DNA from: a virus
IMG/VR virus record: IMGVR_UViG_3300031669_000002
Location: 64,001-128,000 of that record
Length of the DNA: 64,000 nucleotides
Strand: one strand, 5' to 3'
Numbering within the stretch: position 1 is the stretch's first letter; the number at the start of each line of letters is the position of its first letter. Under the pieces are notes generated by a model. The model searched no databases. It was not told the origin of the DNA and saw only the letters and a program-made list of their open reading frames with translations. The position numbers and the translations under genes were made by a program. Below are positions 8,796-16,807 of this stretch, in pieces.

Positions 8796-10562
8796 TCCAT
8801 TATCTCCTACCCATGAGGTGTAACCGTTTTCCTTAATCACACGAAGTATATTAGATACGCGACTAGTTAATTCATCTTTGTGTGAGATAAGCCAAATACT
8901 CTTGTCTGTTTCTCTAACCATTCTCTTTAAAATTGACATTGAGCTTTCTACACCGCTCGAGTCCATACCAGAGTCGATAAGTTCGTCAATTATAAGCAAG
9001 TTGATTGGCTCATATAGTGATTCATAAACATCTCTAAATGCTAAAGACAGCGCCAAGATAACTCGAGTCATTTCACCTCGAGATAAATTGTCAAAGTCAA
9101 GATCTCTGCCTAATTCTTCAATCATAACAGTTAAGTCATTTTGGAACACTACCGTGTGAGGTAACCCAATCTTATCCAAGTAAGTTGATAGTCGAGAGTT
9201 TAAGTAAGTTAAATTTTGATCAATGATGCGCTTACGAATAAAGCTATCCTTGTTAGTTAGCAACTTGAGCAATAGTTCTTGATGCTCTTTGCGACGAGTC
9301 ACTTCATTGATGATAGAATAGTCAATCTCTGCCAACGCAGTAGTTTCCATTTCGTGTATCTGATCAGTGTATGGATTTTCAGTGGCAATCTTGCTTTCGA
9401 GCTGTTTCTCTAGGTGCCCAACAGTGGTCTTATGATGAGTAGCATCCTCAAACTTTTTGTATGAGGTTTTTGGTCGGTTTCCAAGTTCTCCTATCTCCAA
9501 GACTGCTTCTGTCAGACCATCAACATACGCTATAAGCTCAATGACCTTATCTCTATGCTCTTGTAGAGAGGCATTTTTTGAATCAAGAAGAAGTTGTTGC
9601 CTATCATCGTGAATGTCCTGCCCACAAGCGTGACAGGTATGATTTTCTAACTGATCAATGTCCGGCAAAAGTTTATCAATCCCCTTTTGCTCACGCTCAA
9701 GATCTTTCTTAGCCCGAGACAGCGTTGTCTCTAAGTCTGCTATGTCTTTCTGTTTCTGTAAATATTTTTCAAGTGCTTTGTGATTATCTATTTCTACGTC
9801 AATGTCAACCTTCAATAAGTCTTCAAGTTGATCTGTAAGGTCTTTGATCTCTTCTTCAAACTTCTTTTCCCATATTCTTTGACGACGACGCAAAGATTCT
9901 ACTTGCTCTTCAATTTTCTTATTAGCTTCTATTAAAGCAGCAATGCGATACTCTTCGCTTGTGATTAGATCCTTTGAAATTCTAACTTGTTCCTTAAGCG
10001 TATCTGCTTTTTCACTAAGCATCGTAATGCCAAGTAACTGTTCGATAATGCTACGCTGATCACCTGCCTTCATCTTAAGGAACGGTTCGGTGTAGGTATT
10101 CAGTGCGAGAACATGTCTGAACATATTGTGTGACATGCCAATAATTCTGTTTATCTCATGTTGTGTTTCACGAGAGTCGCCCTGTGAGTCACTATCCTTC
10201 GACTCAAACGCAACATTGCCCTTATAGAGCAACAATACGCCGGGCTTGCGGCCACGCTCAATGCGGTAGGCAATACCATTCTTCTCAAACTCAACAGTAA
10301 CTATCATACCCTTGCCGTTAGTGAGATTTATAAGATTATCTTTTTTGATATCCGATATGGCAGTCCCATATAGAGCGTAAGAGAGCGTTTGTAAGATCGT
10401 GCTTTTACCTGTGCCGTTTCTGCTACCAGCATCATCTCCGCCGAGATCTAAATTCTCACCTAAGACCAGTGTTAGGTCATTGCGGTCGAGATTGATTGCT
10501 TGTGATACGTTTCCTACAGATAGAAAATTCTTCGCTGTGATTGATTTTAGTTTCAGTGCCAA
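8793..10562 (-). CDS. gp46: Recombination ATPase, SbcC/Rad50-like (T4 gp46)
   Basis: Walker A NGTGKST, long coiled coil with CHAC zinc hook, signature LSRGE, Walker B LLIIDE, and ISH motif. Confidence 0.93.
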   Translation of the reverse strand: MALKLKSITAKNFLSVGNVSQAINLDRNDLTLVLGENLDLGGDDAGSRNGTGKSTILQTLSYALYGTAISDIKKDNLINLTNGKGMIVTVEFEKNGIAYRIERGRKPGVLLLYKGNVAFESKDSDSQGDSRETQHEINRIIGMSHNMFRHVLALNTYTEPFLKMKAGDQRSIIEQLLGITMLSEKADTLKEQVRISKDLITSEEYRIAALIEANKKIEEQVESLRRRQRIWEKKFEEEIKDLTDQLEDLLKVDIDVEIDNHKALEKYLQKQKDIADLETTLSRAKKDLEREQKGIDKLLPDIDQLENHTCHACGQDIHDDRQQLLLDSKNASLQEHRDKVIELIAYVDGLTEAVLEIGELGNRPKTSYKKFEDATHHKTTVGHLEKQLESKIATENPYTDQIHEMETTALAEIDYSIINEVTRRKEHQELLLKLLTNKDSFIRKRIIDQNLTYLNSRLSTYLDKIGLPHTVVFQNDLTVMIEELGRDLDFDNLSRGEMTRVILALSLAFRDVYESLYEPINLLIIDELIDSGMDSSGVESSMSILKRMVRETDKSIWLISHKDELTSRVSNILRVIKENGYTSWVGDNG

Positions 10563-10565
10563 GGT

Positions 10566-11582
10566 TTATAGATTCCTATAGATTGATAATAAAAGATTAG
10601 GATCATAATGTCCGTTGCTGATTGCAGCAAGTTCTTCAGATACAATTTGATCAACTGATAAGAACTCGATTGATCCTGGTTGGGTATCAGCACCCTCTAA
10701 AACTTTTTTAACGGGTAGCAGTGTTATCTCACGAAGATTGTAGGTGCTGCCAAATGTTTCTTTGATAAATGTTGCCTCCTCGTAACTGATGTCGATATCA
10801 ATATTTACCCTCACGTGCATAGTGGGTTTTAAAATAGTTTCAGCATTCTGTAAAAGATTGCTAAGATCAAATACACGATACCTCGGTTGATCAGACCACG
10901 AGAAATATTCTGGCTCTTTGCCCCACTCAAGGATCATCGCACCGCGGGCATCATCGCCGGCATCACCGTAGTTATGCGGAAAACAGTTTCCAACATAGGT
11001 AATATTTTTGCCATGCTGACGCTTATGGAAATGTCCGCTAAAGACAGAACCCATACCTGCAAAGTGGTCTTGCTGAATCTCTCCGTTGTCTGGCATCTTT
11101 ATCATTGCGTTCATGTAGAAGTGCGGCAATTCAAAGTGACCAAAGCAATACTCAGCACTAACCTTCTGAATCTTCTTGTGATCATCATGAACAAGCCATG
11201 GCATGATCGATACATCGCCTTCTTTAAAAAAATCATTGACAATGTGAATGTTGGGAATGTGCTTTGCCCACTCAACGCTTTGGACATCTCGCTTTTCACG
11301 ATAAAATAAATCGTGATTGCCCGGAATGAAAAATGTTTGTGAGAAATTCTCGCTTAGTAGTTCAAGTCCATGAACAGCATACGACATCGTTTTGAGATTC
11401 ATGCTGGCACGATTGTTATGGTAGTCGCCGAGGAACAAGCACGTCTCACACCCTTTCTCTTTGCCTAACTCTACTGCCCATTTGATAAAATTGATACAAT
11501 CATTGTTGTGGACATCGCTGTTGGACTTTAGTCCGAAGTGCAGGTCTGTGAAAACCATTGCTTTCTTAAATAGATTTGCCAT
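10566..11582 (-). CDS. gp47: Recombination nuclease, SbcD/Mre11-like (T4 gp47)
   Basis: Metallophosphoesterase motifs DLH, GD, GNHD, GHF and GHFH; adjacent to gp46. Confidence 0.93.
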   Translation of the reverse strand: MANLFKKAMVFTDLHFGLKSNSDVHNNDCINFIKWAVELGKEKGCETCLFLGDYHNNRASMNLKTMSYAVHGLELLSENFSQTFFIPGNHDLFYREKRDVQSVEWAKHIPNIHIVNDFFKEGDVSIMPWLVHDDHKKIQKVSAEYCFGHFELPHFYMNAMIKMPDNGEIQQDHFAGMGSVFSGHFHKRQHGKNITYVGNCFPHNYGDAGDDARGAMILEWGKEPEYFSWSDQPRYRVFDLSNLLQNAETILKPTMHVRVNIDIDISYEEATFIKETFGSTYNLREITLLPVKKVLEGADTQPGSIEFLSVDQIVSEELAAISNGHYDPNLLLSIYRNL

Positions 11583-11681
11583 TTATTTCCAGTCTTTAAG
11601 TTATGTTACTATTTTATGCTATCTTGCCATCAAGAATCAAACTTTTCGGCAGATCATTTGTCCAGAATGCTAAATATGAAT

Positions 11682-12380
11682 ATGCTACTTTCCGAACTAG
11701 ATCAATCTCTCTTTGAGGGTATAAATGACCCACATATTTTTAAGGCTGTTTTTATTGCAGGTCCTCCCGGCGCCGGCAAGAATACAGTAATAAATCAACT
11801 TGGTTTGCCCTCATCCGGATTAAAGTTGCAAGACATTGATCATACTTTGGCATATCTTAATAAACGAAAATCTCCCGTCAATCCGAATTACGAGCGAGGA
11901 CTTAGTGTTACTTTACGCAGACAAGGTGTATTCGAAAAAGGAATGCTTGGGCTACTTATCAACACGACCGGTAGAAGTTATGATCGATTAATGGATCTGA
12001 ACAAACAACTAAAACATTCCGGTTACGATACTTTTATGGTATTTGTTGATGCTGAATACGATGTTGCATATAATCGAATACAAGACCGTCCATCATCTGC
12101 TACTAATCCAGCTGATATTGGTAGAAAGGTTGATTACGACTATTTTGTTAATGCCTTTCAAGCAACAAAGCAAAACATTGACTTCTATGCTCTTATGTTC
12201 GGAAATGACTTTTCTCTGGTTACTAACAACGTGGTAAAGGACTCTGAAGATTTGACCCCTGAACAAGAGTTTAACAAAACGCTAACTAAAACTGGCAAAA
12301 AACTGAATCACTTTCTGAGAAAGCCGTTGTCGCCAAAAGCACAGGCAATATTAAATCAAGCAACTTCTACTAAACCTTAA
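11682..12380 (+). CDS. Zeta-toxin/AAA_33-like P-loop kinase; probable start 11682
   Basis: FKAVFIAGPPGAGKN P-loop and the GYDTFMVFVD...AYNRIQDR segment of this fold; TAAATA at 11671-11676 sits just upstream of the ATG. Confidence 0.6.
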   Translation: MLLSELDQSLFEGINDPHIFKAVFIAGPPGAGKNTVINQLGLPSSGLKLQDIDHTLAYLNKRKSPVNPNYERGLSVTLRRQGVFEKGMLGLLINTTGRSYDRLMDLNKQLKHSGYDTFMVFVDAEYDVAYNRIQDRPSSATNPADIGRKVDYDYFVNAFQATKQNIDFYALMFGNDFSLVTNNVVKDSEDLTPEQEFNKTLTKTGKKLNHFLRKPLSPKAQAILNQATSTKP

Positions 12381-13842
12381 ATCCCTTAACACTTCCTGCT
12401 GGTTTTTTGATTGTGCTACCACCAAGTTCCGCTGGTTCCTTGCTTTGCCCAATATTTGGTTTAGCTATTTTCTTCTTTGTGGGAACCTTCTTTGTTGCTT
12501 TTGGCTTGTTGTTAGTTAAGAAATAACTCATGATCTGTTTTTTATAGTCGTCGACACTAACTGCAACATATTCACCTAAAATACATACTTCGTGTCCTGA
12601 TTTTAGTGCTGCAACCAAGTTAGTATTTAATAGTCCAAATTTCTTAATCATTGCAGACGCAGCAGCTTTATTAGGCGAGATTTCTTCTTTTTTCTTTATT
12701 ACTGCAATGGTCTTCTTTGCCTCTTTAACCTGAGACGAAAGTTTCTTTACTTGCGGCACAGACTGACTTAAGGTTAGGAATGCCTCAGCCGTCTCTAGCG
12801 CCACACGGTAAATTTTCTTTGTATCATCATTCCAATAATCTATATCGTCCCACTTTGACAGCAATTTACGAAATGCTTTCATTGCAGGAGATTTTTTTAG
12901 TGCCACTTTTTCAGTTTTCTCCTCGGTGTCATATATTAAATTATCTAATTCATTACCAAAGTCGTCAAAGACATCAGCAAACTCGTAGTATGCATCCTCT
13001 GGATCAAGATGATTTCTATCTACGTCTGATATACTGTTTAAAACTAGGTCTTCCTCTTTTGTTGACCACGTAAAGTTAAACCCGTCTTTAGGAAATATGG
13101 CATAGATGTCCCCGTAATTACCTGCTTGGTCCTCATCAGACGTTGTAAAAATGCTATTTGACCTTAATGCCGAAAACCCCATCATCGTAAGATACTTGTC
13201 GTAAAGTTTTTGCGCTTGTTCAGATGAGTCTTTTGTCCTTCTATTTTCACGAGGATACCCAACAAAGATTGGAGCTTGAGAGTCTCTTTGTCCACGATAT
13301 AGTATTTTTCCTGTCTCTCTAACTGCTTTCAGATATTCTCCGCAGTTTGCCTCAATATATGCAAAATATTTAAGTGTCTTTTCGTCAAAAATTGGATTAA
13401 TTTTTGCGTGTTCTTCCGCCGCCTTTTCAGCAGCTCTTGTTGCTTTCTCTTTTGCTGCATTTAGCTTTCTAATTTCTTCATTGTGGGCTGCAATCTTATC
13501 TTGTAATGCTTTAATTTGAGCCTGTTTTTCGGGCGAGGGTAGATATTTTGCTGCTGCCGCCGGATCTATTGCGATATTTGGGGTATCTATACGATAGCTC
13601 TTTCCCGGCGAGACCTTCATATTTGGTTTTAAGGTCTTAAAGTTAGGATCATACTTGCTTAACACATTGGTCAGAAATGTTATTGGGTCCTTAGCCGCAT
13701 TTGCGTTAGCAACAAGCTCCTCGACGGCCTTATTATATTCTGGACTATTAAGCCATCTATAAGTAGTCCGAAACTTATAGTTCTGAGTAATAAGGTCTAA
13801 TAGTTTTTTTGCTTCTGGTATTTTGTTGATATTGTGTGCCAT
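12370..13842 (-). CDS. Putative ADP-ribosyltransferase-fold protein
   Basis: LYRG ... SIFTTS ... AGNYGDIYAI ... GHEVCI gives an R-S-E-type arrangement; Lys-rich tail; late promoter 4 nt before the ATG. Confidence 0.45.
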   Translation of the reverse strand: MAHNINKIPEAKKLLDLITQNYKFRTTYRWLNSPEYNKAVEELVANANAAKDPITFLTNVLSKYDPNFKTLKPNMKVSPGKSYRIDTPNIAIDPAAAAKYLPSPEKQAQIKALQDKIAAHNEEIRKLNAAKEKATRAAEKAAEEHAKINPIFDEKTLKYFAYIEANCGEYLKAVRETGKILYRGQRDSQAPIFVGYPRENRRTKDSSEQAQKLYDKYLTMMGFSALRSNSIFTTSDEDQAGNYGDIYAIFPKDGFNFTWSTKEEDLVLNSISDVDRNHLDPEDAYYEFADVFDDFGNELDNLIYDTEEKTEKVALKKSPAMKAFRKLLSKWDDIDYWNDDTKKIYRVALETAEAFLTLSQSVPQVKKLSSQVKEAKKTIAVIKKKEEISPNKAAASAMIKKFGLLNTNLVAALKSGHEVCILGEYVAVSVDDYKKQIMSYFLTNNKPKATKKVPTKKKIAKPNIGQSKEPAELGGSTIKKPAGSVKGFKV

Positions 13843-13857
13843 ACCTTATTTATCCTA

Positions 13858-14766
13858 CTATTCTTCGTAATGACCGCCATCGCTACCGTGACCACCTGAA
13901 CCCTGACGACTAAAACTTGGTGTCAAATCATTGATTTCGAGTATGTCATCGCGTATGTTTTGATTACGCTTCTCAATATTGAGAACACGAGTAAATGAAT
14001 TCTGCAGGGCCATCGTATAGTAAGCAAATGGGTTAGCCGAGACAGATTCGTCAAACTGCAACCCAATCTGACTTAACTGAAGCAGAGCAGTTGATTTCAT
14101 TTCGTCTACATAGGTATATCCCCGCCAATTTGATCGCGTTGCATAACGCTCACATAACTTCATATACATTAGCGCAAGTTTATTAGTGACCTTGCCGTGA
14201 TCTTTACTAAATTCCCCACGTTCTAAGTCACCTACCCAATGACTTTTGCCGACACAAACCGATTCCCCTGTAGCATCTACAATAAAATGCTGAAACGGTT
14301 GAAAATTAACCTTAACATATTTTACTGGGGCAACAATTGCAACAACTAGTTCCTCATCCTCAAAAATATCAACCGAGTCATCGATGACTAAGCCTTTAGA
14401 TTTTTTGGTTTTCGCCGCTTTGGGTATAGCTGCTGGCGCCTCTGGGATATGATCCCAAGTCATTAGTCGAAAAACTACATCTTGATCGCTTATTGTTGCA
14501 GGATCAACTGCAACCGAATCAGCTTTAACTTTTTTGCCTAATGCTCCGGCAGCATCTACGGCAAGCTTTGTAAGGCGATCAGCCCTAGCAATTTTTGCTT
14601 CAGATTTTTCTCCGCCCTTCATTAGCTTGGGTATTTCCCCCAAACTTCTAATAATAACGTCATAGTCGCTATATTTTGGGTCAGCATAACTGCAATATGA
14701 GACTTTGCTCTTGTGTATCTCTTTTAGAATGTCTTTATTGTTTAAATAATTTTGAACACGGGCCAA
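13858..14766 (-). CDS. gp55: Late-transcription sigma factor (T4 gp55-like)
   Basis: NYLNNKD N-terminus, NWRGYTYVDEM, QFDES.SANPFAYYT...NSFTRVLNIEKR; positioned upstream of gp47/gp46 as in T4-like phages. Confidence 0.85.
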   Translation of the reverse strand: MARVQNYLNNKDILKEIHKSKVSYCSYADPKYSDYDVIIRSLGEIPKLMKGGEKSEAKIARADRLTKLAVDAAGALGKKVKADSVAVDPATISDQDVVFRLMTWDHIPEAPAAIPKAAKTKKSKGLVIDDSVDIFEDEELVVAIVAPVKYVKVNFQPFQHFIVDATGESVCVGKSHWVGDLERGEFSKDHGKVTNKLALMYMKLCERYATRSNWRGYTYVDEMKSTALLQLSQIGLQFDESVSANPFAYYTMALQNSFTRVLNIEKRNQNIRDDILEINDLTPSFSRQGSGGHGSDGGHYEE

Positions 14767-14767
14767 T

Positions 14768-15484
14768 TTATTTCTCCTTTTTTCTTTCGTGTGCTGCTCT
14801 TCTTGCCTCTGACCACGGTTTCCCCTTATTGGGAGACGGTTGCCCTATTCTCTTTAATGCATTTACCTGATTTGCTTTCTTCAGATTTGCGATCCATTCG
14901 TCATTAAATGGTGCTCTTGCTTTTCCTTGTTGCCGATTAACAAGTGACTTTTTGCGACGTAATGCTTCTTCTTTACCGTAAATCTCCTCCCAGGTCTTAC
15001 CCTTCTTAGCGAGTGACTGTAATTCCCTCGCTTTATCATCTCTTTTCTTACCCGAATTTGAAATACCGATTTTAATTTTGGTTTCTTCCAGACACGGTTT
15101 CCTCTCTCTATTCTTAGCAGCAATAGATCTTTTCTTACGAGTTTCGTCTGATTCGTTACGTTTAGCTGCGGCCATTTTTTCTCGTGTTTCTTTTGATGGG
15201 TTCCGTAGTCCTTCTCCGCCATCTGTTTTATTATTAAGGATTCCGGTCCCTATATCTTTTCTTCCATAGTCTGATATTAGGCATGTCTCTATGAATAGCG
15301 CCATATCCTCAGACAGATTAGTATATAAAAATTGAATAAATGACTTATCTGTGGGAACAGGAGCATTCCTATGATCTTCGTTGATCCTATTATTCTTCCC
15401 TTTACCGATATAGTATGGTGTTCCTGCTTTTGCTGTTGCGGAATCTTTACTTCTTAGATACGCATAGACATAATAAATATTCAT
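14768..15484 (-). CDS. GIY-YIG homing endonuclease (paralogue of 8021-8731); probable start 15484
   Basis: First 29 aa almost identical to the 8021-8731 protein ([15 protein letters not shown](A/K)[13 protein letters not shown]); LNNKTDGGEG; NUMOD3-like repeats. Confidence 0.88.
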   Translation of the reverse strand: MNIYYVYAYLRSKDSATAKAGTPYYIGKGKNNRINEDHRNAPVPTDKSFIQFLYTNLSEDMALFIETCLISDYGRKDIGTGILNNKTDGGEGLRNPSKETREKMAAAKRNESDETRKKRSIAAKNRERKPCLEETKIKIGISNSGKKRDDKARELQSLAKKGKTWEEIYGKEEALRRKKSLVNRQQGKARAPFNDEWIANLKKANQVNALKRIGQPSPNKGKPWSEARRAAHERKKEK

Positions 15485-15551
15485 GCTGATGTCCCCTTGG
15501 ACAGTAGAGCAGTTGGATACTGATAATATCGCGAACTGCATATCTTATTTA
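15485..15551 (-). promoter_or_regulatory. HEG leader, copy B
   Basis: TAAATA-agatat-GCAGTT-cgc-GATATT-atc-AGTATC-c-AACTGC-tcta-cTGTCC-aagg-GGACA-tcagc-ATG. Confidence 0.75.
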
Positions 15552-15592
15552 TCCGAGAAACGTATATTCAGATAATTAACAACTCTGGCCAT
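15545..15592 (-). pseudogene. Orphaned original 5' end of the sigma gene (MARVVNYLN-IRFSDK*)
   Basis: 8 of the first 9 aa match the sigma start MARVQNYLN with different codons; it has its own AAGGAG SD. Confidence 0.8.
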
Positions 15593-15616
15593 ATTGGCTC
15601 CTTATAATGTAAGCAC

Positions 15617-15646
15617 ATAATAACATTAATAAATACATAATATCAA
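15617..15646 (-). promoter_or_regulatory. Host sigma70-type promoter upstream of the sigma-gene relic
   Basis: TTGATA-18-TATTAT with an extended TG; overlaps a + strand TAAATA at 15630-15635 that serves the baseplate operon. Confidence 0.5.
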
Positions 15647-15659
15647 GGGGTTATAAAAA

Positions 15660-16505
15660 ATGTCTAGCTTATTAGGTCTCACTGGTTTAACGACTATTGC
15701 CACTAGCGGAGTAAATAGTATCAATTCGGTAGGTCAATCGCTTGCCAATACACTCGATCCAAGCAACATAAGAAAAATGGCTGCTGGATTAGGCATAATG
15801 AGTGCCCAAGGACCGTCAAATAACCCTGCCGCAAAATGGGTCGATACTGGAGTAAGTGGTTCGTCTGCCGAAAACACAGACTGGAGAATAAAGGTATCGC
15901 TTGCTAAATCAGCTGACATCTTTTATTTAGCGACGGCAACCGGCGATGATCCTGGAATTTTATCACCCCTCAATGCAACAGGCGGAGTTGTGTTTCCTAT
16001 TACGCCTACATTGCAGATTACGAATACTGCGAGATATACTTCTTCACCTCTTACCCATAGCAATTACGCAATGCAGTTTTATGAAGGAAGTGAGGCAGGT
16101 TCAATTATGTTAAACGGGGAATTCCCAATCCAAACTATTGCAGAGGGACAATATCTACTAGCAGCCATTTATTTTTTTAGAGCATCTACAAAAATGTTTT
16201 GGGGAAATGAAGGTTTGGCTGGATCTCCTCCGCCAATGGTATTTTTAAGTGGGTACGGAGATTACTACTTCCCTAATGTTCCGTGCGTAGTAACAAACTT
16301 TATGCACACGATGCCAGAAAACGTAGATTATATTGATATACCAGTAAAGAGCAACAGCAATATGAAACTTGCTGGTTCGACTAGATTGCCACTGCAAAGT
16401 ACATTGCAGGTAACATTGCAACCAATATACAGTAGAACAAGTTTGACCAAATTTAAACTGACAGATTTTGCAGCAGGAAAAATGATCGGTGGAGGATTCA
16501 TGTAA
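15660..16505 (+). CDS. Baseplate / tail-tube initiator protein (gp48-like)
   Basis: DWRIKVSL, GVVFPITP, THSNY and FFRASTKMFWG motifs; first gene of the baseplate cluster. Confidence 0.55.
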   Translation: MSSLLGLTGLTTIATSGVNSINSVGQSLANTLDPSNIRKMAAGLGIMSAQGPSNNPAAKWVDTGVSGSSAENTDWRIKVSLAKSADIFYLATATGDDPGILSPLNATGGVVFPITPTLQITNTARYTSSPLTHSNYAMQFYEGSEAGSIMLNGEFPIQTIAEGQYLLAAIYFFRASTKMFWGNEGLAGSPPPMVFLSGYGDYYFPNVPCVVTNFMHTMPENVDYIDIPVKSNSNMKLAGSTRLPLQSTLQVTLQPIYSRTSLTKFKLTDFAAGKMIGGGFM

Positions 16506-16807
16506 TGACAGCAGTTTATTCAAAATCAAGTCCATACTCTAGTACAGGTCTTTATGGTCAATTCTTAGACATAATGACCAATCGTCCAATAAGTAAGTTA
16601 CCTAGCGACAAGCTATACACTATAGATAGAGTATATAATCTTCGTCCAGATCTACTTGCCTATGATCTATATAAGAATGCCGCACTGTGGTGGGTCTTTG
16701 CACAGAGAAATCCAAATGTACTTAAAGATCCGTTGTTTGATTTTGCAGTAGGTACGTCGATCTATCTGCCAACGATGGCAACATTAATATCTGACTTAGG
16801 ATTATAA
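16505..16807 (+). CDS. Baseplate wedge protein (gp53-like, LysM-type)
   Basis: RPDLLAYDLY...LWWVFAQRN motif, 100 aa. Confidence 0.7.
   Translation: MTAVYSKSSPYSSTGLYGQFLDIMTNRPISKLPSDKLYTIDRVYNLRPDLLAYDLYKNAALWWVFAQRNPNVLKDPLFDFAVGTSIYLPTMATLISDLGL

Noticed and set aside
8793-11582. Inteins in gp46/gp47 or other core genes
   Set aside because: Lengths are normal and no C/S...HN-C/S/T splice junction blocks were seen.
14768-15592. Group I intron in the sigma gene
   Set aside because: No P7 or other core intron motifs were seen, there is almost no non-coding room, and the downstream part has its own SD and a duplicated start, so splicing is unnecessary.
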